Shown piece after piece: positions 10,130 through 19,046 of a stretch of DNA of 64,000 nt. Below the pieces are notes generated by a model. That model was not told the DNA's origin, did not search any database, and saw only the letters and a list, made by a program, of their open reading frames with translations. Where the stretch lies: assembly GCA_963668695.2 (NCBI GenBank), contig CAXXLQ010000001.1:64001-128000 (forward strand), written 5' to 3'. Position 1 is the first letter of the stretch. Each line of letters begins with the position of its first letter. Source of the DNA: Vicinamibacteria bacterium (GTDB lineage Bacteria; Acidobacteriota; Vicinamibacteria; Marinacidobacterales; Marinacidobacteraceae). The position numbers and the translations under genes are program-made.

Positions 10130-12457
10130 TTGGCCCGCTACGCGTTCCGTCTTCTCCTCGCCGGCACTGCTCTGATCGTTCCGGCCTCGGGGTGGGGGCA
10201 GTCTGGAGAACTCGCGGAACGCCCGGACGGTCAGGGCTCGGCGCCGGAGCCGGCCTTCGTGGTGCGGGGTCCCGCGCCTCCCGACCTGCCCGAGATGGTG
10301 CGCCGCGACGACGCCGGCGGCGCCACCATGCGCGCCACCCGCCTGACGGAACCGCTCGAATTCGACGGCCGCCTCGACGATGCCATCTACGAACGCGTTC
10401 CGGGCGTCAGCGGCTTTATCCAGGCGCTCCCCCTTGAAGGCGAACCCGCCACCGAAGACACCGAGGTGTGGGTGTTTTTCGACGACGAAGCCGTTTACGT
10501 GGCCGGGAGGAACTGGGACAGCCAACCTGACCGGATGGTGGCCACCGAGATGCGGCGCGACAACTTCGGCATCTTCAACAACGAAAACCTCGCGGTCATT
10601 CTCGACACCTTCTACGATCGCCGGAACGCCTTCTTCTTCTACATGAATCCCATCGGGGGCTTCTTCGACGGCCTCATCGTGGACGAGCGGAGCGTGAACC
10701 GCGACTGGACCGCGGTCTGGGACTCGCGGGCGGCCCGGTTCGAAAACGGCTGGACGATGGAGATGCGAATCCCTTTCAAGACCCTGCGCTACGTCCGGGG
10801 CGGCCCGCAGGTCTGGGGCATCAACTTCCGCCGGGTGGTTCGCTGGAAGAACGAAATGTCGTACCTGACGCAGGTCCCGGCGGCGCTCGGGCCGCGCGGC
10901 ATCACCAAGATCAGCTCGGCGGGCACCCTGGTGGGACTCGAAGCGCCGGCGAGCTCCCGGACGATTGAGGTGAAGCCGTACCTCATTGGGGACGCCGCCG
11001 GCGCCCGGATCGAGAGCGGCGCCCTCGACCGGGATTTCGGGGGCGATTTCGGGTTGGACGCGAAGGTCGGCATCACCAGCGGGCTCACCGCGGATCTGAC
11101 CTACAACACCGACTTCGCCCAGGTCGAAGCCGACGCCCAGCAGATCAACCTCACCCGGTTCAGCCTTTTCTTCCCCGAAAAACGCGAGTTCTTCCTCGAA
11201 GGGCAGGGAATCTTCGATTTCGGCACCTCAAGCCGCGGTGCGCCGCCGGGGTCGACGCGCAGCTTCGGGCCGCCGAGCAGCACGCCGGTGCTGTTCTTCA
11301 GCCGCCGGATCGGCATCGAGGCCGGGCAGGCGGTGCCCATCACGGGCGGCGCCCGGGTCACCGGGAAGCTCGGCGACTACAACGTGGGGGCGATTGCCAT
11401 CCGCAGCGGCGAGAGCACCGCCGCCGGGTCTCCGGAAACTGATTTTTCGGTGTTCCGGTTGAAGCGGGACATCCTGAACCGCAGCACGGTCGGCGTGATG
11501 GGGACGTACCGCTCGCACACCGCGAGTGGCCTGGGACAGAACTTCGCCTACGGGATGGATGCCGGGTTTGGCTTCTTCGAACATCTGGACATCCGCAGCT
11601 ACGCGGCCTGGACGCAGAACGAACTCGAGGACGAGACCGGGCTGAGCTATCTCGGCCAGGTGGACTACAACGGCGACCGCTACGGGCTCCAGGCCGAGCG
11701 CCTGGTGGTCGGGGACGAATTCGATCCGGGGATCGGGTTCATACGCCGCCTGGACTTCCAGCGGAACTACGCCGAGGCCCGGTTCAGTCCCCGGCCGCAT
11801 TCGATCTCCTGGCTCCGCAAGGTGGGCTGGACCGGCAGCGTGGACTACACGACGGATAACGAGGGGGTGCTCGAGACCCGGATTTTCGGCTTCCGCTACG
11901 ACATGGAGTTCGAGAACGGGGACAACTTCAACCTGAATGCGACGCGGAACCGCGAGGTGCTGAGCGAATCGTTTTCCCTGAGCGACGACCTCGGCGTGGC
12001 GCCCGGGACCTACGACTTCGACTACGTGCGGCTCAGCTACCAGGCCGGCCCGCAGCGCCCCATCTCGGGCAACTTCGCCTACCAGCAGGGCGGATTCTTT
12101 TCCGGGACCCGCCGGGAGGCTGCCTGGCGCGGCCGGGTCGAAGTCATGCCTCGCGTGACGGTCGAGCCCTTGGTTTCCCTGAACTGGATCTCACTTCCCG
12201 AGGGGAACTACGACACCAACCTGCTCGCGTCCCGGATCAACTACACCCTCTCTCCCCGGAGCTTCCTCGCGGCGTTCCTCCAGTACAACACCGCCGCGAA
12301 CAGCCTTTCGACGAACGTTCGCTTCCGCTGGGAATACGAGCCGGGGAGTGACCTCTACGTCGTCTACAACTCGCTCCGCGACACCCTGGCGCCCGGCTAC
12401 CCGGAACTGAACGCCCAGTCGTTCATCGTCAAGTTCACCCGGCTATTCCGGTTCTGA
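10130..12457 (+). CDS. CBM9-like + DUF5916 outer-membrane protein, paralog 5
   Basis: TTG start, signal peptide MARYAFRLLLAGTALIVPA, family motifs, terminal KFTRLFRF. Confidence 0.85.
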   Translation: MARYAFRLLLAGTALIVPASGWGQSGELAERPDGQGSAPEPAFVVRGPAPPDLPEMVRRDDAGGATMRATRLTEPLEFDGRLDDAIYERVPGVSGFIQALPLEGEPATEDTEVWVFFDDEAVYVAGRNWDSQPDRMVATEMRRDNFGIFNNENLAVILDTFYDRRNAFFFYMNPIGGFFDGLIVDERSVNRDWTAVWDSRAARFENGWTMEMRIPFKTLRYVRGGPQVWGINFRRVVRWKNEMSYLTQVPAALGPRGITKISSAGTLVGLEAPASSRTIEVKPYLIGDAAGARIESGALDRDFGGDFGLDAKVGITSGLTADLTYNTDFAQVEADAQQINLTRFSLFFPEKREFFLEGQGIFDFGTSSRGAPPGSTRSFGPPSSTPVLFFSRRIGIEAGQAVPITGGARVTGKLGDYNVGAIAIRSGESTAAGSPETDFSVFRLKRDILNRSTVGVMGTYRSHTASGLGQNFAYGMDAGFGFFEHLDIRSYAAWTQNELEDETGLSYLGQVDYNGDRYGLQAERLVVGDEFDPGIGFIRRLDFQRNYAEARFSPRPHSISWLRKVGWTGSVDYTTDNEGVLETRIFGFRYDMEFENGDNFNLNATRNREVLSESFSLSDDLGVAPGTYDFDYVRLSYQAGPQRPISGNFAYQQGGFFSGTRREAAWRGRVEVMPRVTVEPLVSLNWISLPEGNYDTNLLASRINYTLSPRSFLAAFLQYNTAANSLSTNVRFRWEYEPGSDLYVVYNSLRDTLAPGYPELNAQSFIVKFTRLFRF

Positions 12458-12492
12458 CGCGGCTGGTCCGGTTCTGACGCGGCTGGCGCGGA

Positions 12493-12906
12493 TCAGGCGC
12501 CCGCGAACGGATTGACCACCCGGACGCCGTCGTAGTCCTGTCCGGGGTTCAGGTCCTCGGTGTACACCGTCCGGCACCCGGCAGCGCGCGCCGCTGCGAG
12601 GATGGCGGCATCCCAGTAGGCAACGCGAAACCGTTCCGTGAGATCGAGGGCGTCATGGATCACTCCCAGGGTGAGCGGCTGCACCGGGAAACGTTCGAGG
12701 CTTCGGACGAAGGCCACGGCTTCCTCGTGGCTGAGGTTCCACGGCCTCGTCGGGCGCGTTGCCTGCCAATAGAACTCCTGAAACACCTGGACCGAAAAGG
12801 CGAGATCGGTTGCATCGAGAAGCTCCAGCGCGCGCCTTTTCTTTCCCGTTTCTTCAGCGACGGGGCTGATTGCGTAGAGCAGAATGTTCGTGTCAACGAA
12901 GCGCAT
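12493..12906 (-). CDS. vapC: PIN-domain (VapC-type) toxin
   Basis: 137 aa; FVDTNILLYA, QVFQEF, YWDAAILAAA and YTEDL acidic PIN motifs; overlaps the upstream small gene. Confidence 0.9.
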   Translation of the reverse strand: MRFVDTNILLYAISPVAEETGKKRRALELLDATDLAFSVQVFQEFYWQATRPTRPWNLSHEEAVAFVRSLERFPVQPLTLGVIHDALDLTERFRVAYWDAAILAAARAAGCRTVYTEDLNPGQDYDGVRVVNPFAGA

Positions 12907-13195
12907 CGCGCCTCAGGTGTTCTTTGTGCTCCCGACGAAGGGCGTCTCGGTCGTAGAGGGCTTCCCGAGGGAGCCTGTCGGCGGGCTTCAGCCCGCCACC
13001 GCGCGCGCGTATGGCCTCCAGCACTTCGTCCTGAAGCCGCCGCAAACGCTGGAAGCGCTCCTCGGAAGTCCGTGATTGGGCAATGATCTTCAAACACTCC
13101 CGCGTCAGAGCGGAGACCGAGGTTCCCGCCTCTGCCGCCCGGATGCGCGCCATCCGGTGGGTCTCCTCGTCCACGGATACAGTGATGTTCCTCAT
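12893..13195 (-). CDS. Antitoxin (ribbon-helix-helix, VapB-like)
   Basis: MRNITVSVDEETHRMARIRAAEAGTSVSAL is an RHH-like N-terminus; C-terminal REALYDR; directly upstream of and overlapping vapC. Confidence 0.8.
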   Translation of the reverse strand: MRNITVSVDEETHRMARIRAAEAGTSVSALTRECLKIIAQSRTSEERFQRLRRLQDEVLEAIRARGGGLKPADRLPREALYDRDALRREHKEHLRRDALR

Positions 13196-13198
13196 GGG

Positions 13199-13230
13199 CA
13201 CAGTCTAACAGTTTCACAGTCTCACAGTCC
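13199..13230 (-). promoter_or_regulatory. Probable TA promoter/operator: four 8-bp direct repeats overlapping an extended -10
   Basis: cacagtct/aacagttt/cacagtct/cacagtcc at 8-bp period. The minus strand reads TGtTAGACT, 6 nt before the ATG. Confidence 0.6.
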
Positions 13231-13277
13231 CCACCAGGATCCGGTGCGGGAGGGGGCGCGGCCGCGCGGCCGGCGGT

Positions 13278-13835
13278 TTACCAGACGGAAACGTCCACCC
13301 GCGTATCTCCGTCCCGGACCTCGATTTCGGTACCGCGCAGCACCGGGATCAGCGAGCGCGCAATCCGGCCAGGGCTGCAACGGAACGAGGTCTCTCGTTC
13401 CTCGCAGGCGTCGTGAACCGCCTCGGAAAGCGCGCGGAGCGGCGTCCTGACGAAGATGCGGACGCCGTCACCTTCCCGCACCCGGATCACGAGGTCTCCG
13501 CCCTCCTTGGCGATGAACACCTCGTTGTCCGGCTCGGTGACTCTCACGAGCACGGCGTCCTCGGCCTCCTCGAGGGCTCCAAGGAACCCACCGAGGGCGG
13601 AGAGCGCCGGACCGCCGAACTCGTCCATTTCTTCGTGCATCGCATCGTCCATCAGGTGGTCCGGCACGAAATGGAGCGCGGCGAGCGGGAGCATCAGCGG
13701 CACCGGCACCACGAAGTTCGGCCCTCCCTCGGCGACTACCGACACGACAGCGACGCCGCAGGCGGAAATGCAGGCGCCGAACAGCAGCGCGGAGATCAGC
13801 GCCGCCGCCAGCAGGATCCCAAGCAGTCGGAACAT
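13278..13835 (-). CDS. Hypothetical membrane-anchored/exported protein
   Basis: 185 aa, hydrophobic N-terminus; internally duplicated beta-strand/VPL pattern similar to the neighbouring gene. Confidence 0.7.
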   Translation of the reverse strand: MFRLLGILLAAALISALLFGACISACGVAVVSVVAEGGPNFVVPVPLMLPLAALHFVPDHLMDDAMHEEMDEFGGPALSALGGFLGALEEAEDAVLVRVTEPDNEVFIAKEGGDLVIRVREGDGVRIFVRTPLRALSEAVHDACEERETSFRCSPGRIARSLIPVLRGTEIEVRDGDTRVDVSVW

Positions 13836-13841
13836 GGCCGG

Positions 13842-14414
13842 TTACCGGGGTTCGATCCAGACGCGGACCTTGCCGTCGTCGCCGTCCACGGAGATGAGGA
13901 CATCCTCATGGTTCGCGAGACTGCGGATCGCCGCTCCGAGGTCGGGTTTCTCCCCGCCTTCGCCAAAGAGCGCGTCTCCGAACGCGACCGGAAAGCGGAT
14001 GTCGAGGGATCCATCGTCGCCCGAGCCCTCGATCCGGATTTCCTTGCCGTCCATCCGCGCGCGCAGGTTGCTCCCGTCCTCTTCATCGATGCTCACCCAG
14101 GCCCCCGGGTTCTCCCGAAGCGAGTTCCAAAACGCCCGGAGGTCTTCCGGGGCGATGTCGTTCCCCGCTTCGTGTTCCCACTCCTCGGCCATCTCATTGA
14201 GGAGGTGTTCGCCGAGGGAACCGCCCAGGGCCTCGATGGCGGCGAGCGGCAGGTTCACCTCGACCTTGGTGCCGTCGTCATCGCCCTCCACCTGGACGTG
14301 AAGCCAGGGTTTCTCCTGCCCCAGCGCGGGCAAAGCGGCAAGGGTGAGGATCAGCGCCAGCGGGATCGCCGCGGCGGCACGGGAAAGGGGTGGGATGTCT
14401 CGCAGTCTCATCAT
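13842..14414 (-). CDS. Hypothetical exported protein
   Basis: Signal peptide ending ALG-Q, then WLHVQVE...VEVNLPL...KVRVWIE; ends 6 bp before the next gene. Confidence 0.7.
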   Translation of the reverse strand: MMRLRDIPPLSRAAAAIPLALILTLAALPALGQEKPWLHVQVEGDDDGTKVEVNLPLAAIEALGGSLGEHLLNEMAEEWEHEAGNDIAPEDLRAFWNSLRENPGAWVSIDEEDGSNLRARMDGKEIRIEGSGDDGSLDIRFPVAFGDALFGEGGEKPDLGAAIRSLANHEDVLISVDGDDGKVRVWIEPR

Positions 14415-14477
14415 GTCCACCCAAACGAAGACGACGGGCCATCGGTTCCTGCCAAAGAGGATGGAATACTCGCGATC

Positions 14478-15308
14478 ATGACGCCCGCGAACCCGCGCCG
14501 CCGCTCGCTCCTCTACGTCCCCGGTTCCAGCGAGCGGATGATCGCGAAGGCCGCCACCCGCGGCGCCGACATTCTCATACTCGACCTCGAGGACGGCGTC
14601 CACCTGTCCCAAAAGGACGCGGCGCGTGAGCGGCTCCGGGAGTCACGGGCCGCGGCGGCGGCCGCCGGCGCGCTGGTCGCTCTCCGGATCAACCCCCCGG
14701 CCGGCGCCTTCGGACCCGCCGATCTCGAAGCCGCCGCGGACGTCGGCTTCGACGCCGTGCTCCTCCCCAAAGCGGAGACGGCCGAAGCCGCCTCCGAAGC
14801 GCGCCGAGTTCTCGGAGAAGCGGTGCCGCTCTGGCTCATGATCGAGACTGCCATCGGCGCCGCGGCGGTTTTCGAACTCGCCCGGCTACCCGGGGTGGAT
14901 GGACTGGTGTTCGGGTCGGCCGACTACCGGCTGAGCATGGGGGCCCGCATGCGGCACGATGAATCGGAACTCGATTTCGTCCGTCAGCGGATCCTGCTCG
15001 CCGCCCGGGCCGCAGGGGTCTGCGCTTGGGACGCTCCCTGGTTCGCCTTCCGCGACCTCGACGGGTTGTACCGGAGCGCTCGGCGCGCCGCGGAGTCAGG
15101 GTTCGACGGCAAATCCGCGGTCCACCCGCAACAAATCCCCGTTATCCACCAGGCCTTCGAGCCCACCCCGGCGGAGCGCGCCTGGGCGGAACGGGTCGTT
15201 CGGACCATGGAGGAAGCGGGAGCCCGCGGCGTCGCGGTCGTCGACCTCGACGGCGAACTGCTCGAGGAGCTCCACCTCCGCCAGGCGAGGCGCCTCCTCG
15301 CGCGGTAG
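14478..15308 (+). CDS. HpcH/HpaI aldolase / citrate lyase beta (CitE-like) family CoA-ester lyase
   Basis: RRSLLYVPG, ILDLEDGV, LLPKAE, MIETA, FGSADY, GFDGKSAVHPQQI. Confidence 0.9.
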   Translation: MTPANPRRRSLLYVPGSSERMIAKAATRGADILILDLEDGVHLSQKDAARERLRESRAAAAAAGALVALRINPPAGAFGPADLEAAADVGFDAVLLPKAETAEAASEARRVLGEAVPLWLMIETAIGAAAVFELARLPGVDGLVFGSADYRLSMGARMRHDESELDFVRQRILLAARAAGVCAWDAPWFAFRDLDGLYRSARRAAESGFDGKSAVHPQQIPVIHQAFEPTPAERAWAERVVRTMEEAGARGVAVVDLDGELLEELHLRQARRLLAR

Positions 15309-15309
15309 T

Positions 15310-16560
15310 TCAGCGCGTCACCGCTGACGTTCCGGAGCCGGATGATTGCGGCATCGGTTTTTCGACCGCGAACGTGCAGCCTTCCCACCGCGCTACGACG
15401 GCTGGCGCGGCGCAGTGGCTCGCGACGTTCACGCTCGTCCGGATCGGATCAATCAGCGCGTCGATCCCGAGCAGGATGCCCAGTCCCTCCATTGGCAGGC
15501 CATGCCCCTCGAACACGGCCGCGAGGACCACGAAGTTGGCGCGCGGAACGCCCGCCACACCCTTGCTCGTCACCTTCAGCGTCAGCAGGATGACCGCCTG
15601 CTGCTCCCACGAGAGTTCGATCCCGGCCGCCTGCGCGATGAACAGGGTTGCCATCCCCAGGTGAATCGTGCTGCCGTTCAGATTCAGGCTCAGGCTCAGC
15701 GGCGTTACCACTCCGAGGATGCGTCGCGGCACCCCGAATCGCTGCAGGTTCTCGAGCGTCTGGGGCAAGGCGGCGGCGCTCGATGTAGTCGCGAAGCCCA
15801 CGAGGAACGGCTCGCGTGCGAAATGCGCGAACCTCCGCATCGGAATGCCGCACAGAAACAGCCCTGCCGCCAGCACTGCCCCGAGGAAGAATCCCTGCGC
15901 AAGCCAGGCGAGGGCCGCGAACTCGGCCAGGCCCTCCAGGGCGGCGGAACCGCCTCCGGAGACCGCGTTGGCGGCGGCTGCAAACACTGCCAGGGGCGCC
16001 AGGTACATGACGTAGTCGGTGTAGCGGAACGCGACTTCCGCAAGCGCGTCGGCGAAAGCCACTACCGGCCGAGCCCGGCTGCCGACGGAGAGGCACGCAA
16101 TCCCGAACACGAAGCAGAACACGACAATCTGCAGCACGTCGCCCCTTGCCAGGGCGTCCACGATGCTCGTCGGAACGGCGCTCTCAAGCGCTTCGACGAA
16201 GCCGGCGGTTTCCGGGAGTTCCATGCCGGGTGCCGCACCCAGGGACAGGCTGTCGCCCGGCCTGGCCAGCATCACACTGAACCAGCCGAGCAGCAGAGCG
16301 ATGGTCGTGGCGAATTCGAAGCAGACCACCGACTTCCAACCCAGCCGCCCCAGCGCGCCCATGGACCCGGCGCCGGCGATCGCCCGGATCAACACGCCCA
16401 CCAGCACGGGGGCGATGATCGACCGGATCAGCCGCAGGAACAGGGTGCTCAGGAACTCGATCCGCTCGGCCCAGTGCGGTGCCGAGAGGCCGAGGCACAC
16501 GCCCGCAACCATCCCGACGAGGATCCACCAGGCAAGCGAGACTCTGGGGAGGCGGGGCAC
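15310..16560 (-). CDS. Dicarboxylate/amino acid:cation symporter (GltP/DctA family)
   Basis: Multi-TM; FLRLIRSIIAP, FATTSSAAALP, SLNLNGSTI, TSKGVAGVPRA, DPIRTSVNV. Confidence 0.9.
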   Translation of the reverse strand: MPRLPRVSLAWWILVGMVAGVCLGLSAPHWAERIEFLSTLFLRLIRSIIAPVLVGVLIRAIAGAGSMGALGRLGWKSVVCFEFATTIALLLGWFSVMLARPGDSLSLGAAPGMELPETAGFVEALESAVPTSIVDALARGDVLQIVVFCFVFGIACLSVGSRARPVVAFADALAEVAFRYTDYVMYLAPLAVFAAAANAVSGGGSAALEGLAEFAALAWLAQGFFLGAVLAAGLFLCGIPMRRFAHFAREPFLVGFATTSSAAALPQTLENLQRFGVPRRILGVVTPLSLSLNLNGSTIHLGMATLFIAQAAGIELSWEQQAVILLTLKVTSKGVAGVPRANFVVLAAVFEGHGLPMEGLGILLGIDALIDPIRTSVNVASHCAAPAVVARWEGCTFAVEKPMPQSSGSGTSAVTR

Positions 16561-16613
16561 CGAAGCGAGACGGGCGTTCCAGCCTACCAGCGGTGACTCC
16601 CCGGTGGCCCTAG

Positions 16614-16847
16614 CAGCCTGTGGTGGAACCCGGGTGAGCGCCGAGGCCGGCCAGTCCTCCCGGTGGGGGCGAGGCCCAGTTCTCCCGGTGGGGCCAGTCC
16701 TCCCGGTGGGGGCCCGGCTGACAAGGCGCGTGAGGGAGGAGTACCGGGTGTATTTCGACCGAAACGCAATGCAGAACGAAGCGAAGCGGAGTGGTTCAGC
16801 CGGGATGCATCGCCGGGCGAACGCCGCCTGGGTTCCACCACAGGCTG
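16614..16847. mobile_element. Family A modular MITE-like element
   Basis: 18-bp perfect terminal inverted repeats (cagcctgtggtggaaccc / gggttccaccacaggctg), CTAG on both flanks (16610-13, 16848-51), internal ccagt(t/c)ctcccggtggggg modules. Confidence 0.8.
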
Positions 16848-16862
16848 CTAGGCGCGTTTAGC

Positions 16863-18062
16863 TCAGCGGAGCGTCGCCACTACCTTTCCGAGGGCCGTCA
16901 GGGAGAGCTCCGACAGGTTCAGCTCGTCGCCGCCCACGTTCCGGAGCAGAATCACCGCGGCGTCGGTCCCGGGCTCGATCCAGGCAGCCCCCCGGTATCC
17001 GGCCACGCTGCCCCCGTGGCCATAGGCCGTGAAACTGTTGCCGTCGCTGTCGTCCGCGCGCCGCGCCATGAAGCCGAAGCCATAGCCACTCGAAAGATCT
17101 CCGGTCGCGAACGCCTTGGTCAGGTTGTCCTGCCGGACATCTGCGGGAATGACCCCGTCGAAAGGGGTCCCGGGGGCTCCGGTCAGGAACCGCAGGAACA
17201 CCCCCAGGTCCTCGACCGTCGAATAGAGGGCGCCGTTCGGCACCTTGTAGCCGCGCCCCGCGTGTTCCCTCGCCGGCGTTTCGGCGTCGAGGCTTCCGTC
17301 GTCCTCTACGGTGAGTCCTTCCGCGATGCGGTCCTCAAGACTCGGTGTGGGGAAAAAGGTGCTCGAGTCCATCCCGAGCGGAGCCAGGAGGTTCTCCGCC
17401 ACGTGCGCCATGAACGGCTCGCCGGCGGCCCGCTCCACGGCGGCGCCGAGCATCGCGTAGCCGATGTTCGAATACTGGTAGCGGGTACCGGGTTCGTACT
17501 CGAAGGAGGTCGCCTCGAGCGCCCGGAAGGCGGTATCGAGCCAATCTTCGGGGGCCCCCACCAGGTAGCGCGGGAGGTCCTGCGGTTCGCGGGCGAGCCC
17601 GCTGGTCATGGTTCCGAGCTGGAAAATGCTTGGTCCGGGGGTCCACGCATAGGGGTTGTCGACCTGCTCGAGTTCCGGCACCAGAATGGCGACCGGATCC
17701 CCCAGGCGCGCCTTCCCCTGGTGGACGAGCCGCAGCAGCGCCATGGCGGTGAACGGCTTCGTGATCGACCCGATGCGGAACAGGTGATCGGCCCGGGCAG
17801 GAATCTCGCCCTCGGTGTCCGCGAACCCGAATCCTTCCGCGAACAGCATTTCTCCGCCGACGAAGACCCCGAAGGCGGCGCCGCCGCGTCCGTCATCCTC
17901 GATGACGCGGCGGATCTGTTCGGCGGCCGCAGCGGCGGCCTCCGGCAGCGACTGCGCCACCTCCGGTTCGGATCCAGGCCCACAGGTGAGGGTGGCGATC
18001 CCGAGTAGCAGGGAAGCCGCCAGCGGGCGGCTCGTGAGCGGAAAACGAACGTGGTGACGCAT
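16863..18062 (-). CDS. Serine hydrolase, beta-lactamase class C-like family, exported
   Basis: SxxK (GSITK), YxN (YQYSN) and HGG motifs; hydrophobic N-terminus with Cys. Confidence 0.88.
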   Translation of the reverse strand: MRHHVRFPLTSRPLAASLLLGIATLTCGPGSEPEVAQSLPEAAAAAAEQIRRVIEDDGRGGAAFGVFVGGEMLFAEGFGFADTEGEIPARADHLFRIGSITKPFTAMALLRLVHQGKARLGDPVAILVPELEQVDNPYAWTPGPSIFQLGTMTSGLAREPQDLPRYLVGAPEDWLDTAFRALEATSFEYEPGTRYQYSNIGYAMLGAAVERAAGEPFMAHVAENLLAPLGMDSSTFFPTPSLEDRIAEGLTVEDDGSLDAETPAREHAGRGYKVPNGALYSTVEDLGVFLRFLTGAPGTPFDGVIPADVRQDNLTKAFATGDLSSGYGFGFMARRADDSDGNSFTAYGHGGSVAGYRGAAWIEPGTDAAVILLRNVGGDELNLSELSLTALGKVVATLR

Positions 18063-18259
18063 GTCGAAGGGAACGATACCCGGAGGCCGGGGACGGCGTA
18101 TTGGGCGTTTCGCCCCAGGTGGGCTCGGTTGACAACGGGTCATTCAGGGAGCGGCGAAGGGAGTTCGCTGCGCTGGCGCGCAGCGATGCCGGTCTGGAGA
18201 CCGGCGGTCCCTGAACCGCGTCCCGTCCGGCCGCAGGGCGTTCCCCGGCGCGCTGATAG

Positions 18260-19031
18260 CAGCCTGTAGTGAAACCCGCGCGGCCCAGTTCTCCCGGTGG
18301 GGGCTCGGCCGGCGATCCATCCCGGCCAAACAACCGGCAGTGAAACCCACGCGGCCCAGTTCTCCCGGTGGGGGCTCGGCCGGCGATCCATCCCGGCCAA
18401 ACAGCCGGTGATGAAACCCACGCGGCCCAGTTCTCCCGGTGGGGGCTCGGCCGGCGATCCATCCCGGCCAAACAGCCGGTGATGAAACCCGCGCGGCCCA
18501 GTTCTCCCGGTGGGGGCTCGGCCGGCGATCCATGACCGGCTGTTCACCGCGTCGCTACGCGCCGCTCATCGTTGCGTTTCGGTCGGAATACACTCGGTAT
18601 TCCTCCCTCACGCGCCTTGTCAGCCGGGCCCCCACCGGGAGGACTGGCCCCACCGGGAGAACTGGGCCTCGCCCCCACCGGGAGAACTGGCCAGCCTCGG
18701 CGCTCACGTGGGTTCCACCACCGGCTGTTCACCGCGTCGCTACGCGCCGCTCATCGTTGCGTTTCGGTCGGAATACACCCGGTATTCCTTCCTCACGCGC
18801 CTTGTCAGCCGGGCGCCTCGCCCCCACCGGGAGAACTGGGCCTCGCCCCCACCGGGAGAACTGGCCGGCCTCGGCGCTCACGTGGGTTCCACCACCGGCT
18901 GTTCACCGCGTCGCTACGCGCCGCTCATCGTTGCGTTTCGGTCGAAATACGCCAGGTATTCCTCCCTCACGCGCCTTGTCAGCCGGGCTCCTCGCCGGCC
19001 TCGGCGCTCACCCGGGCTCCACCACAGACTG
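18260..19031. mobile_element. Expanded family A element with internal tandem arrays (71 bp x ~4; 174-185 bp x ~3)
   Basis: Left atag|cagcctgtagtgaaacc, right ctccaccacagactg|ctag. 71-bp units start at 18269/18340/18411/18482; longer units start near 18536/18721/18895. Confidence 0.8.
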
Positions 19032-19046
19032 CTAGGATCGTCGCCG

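Noticed and set aside
310-12457. Diversity-generating retroelement or shufflon acting on the paralog array
   Set aside because: No reverse transcriptase or invertase in the window; differences are not adenine-specific; all copies are full-length and co-oriented.
18269-18530. Possible CRISPR array (regular 71-bp period)
   Set aside because: Units are near-identical over their whole length, with no unique spacers and no cas genes in the window.
18510-19046. N-terminal extension of the amidohydrolase ORF (and similar extensions at 30238-30501, 33215-33445, 59190-59540)
   Set aside because: These are read-through of repeat elements; signal peptides or domain starts lie downstream.
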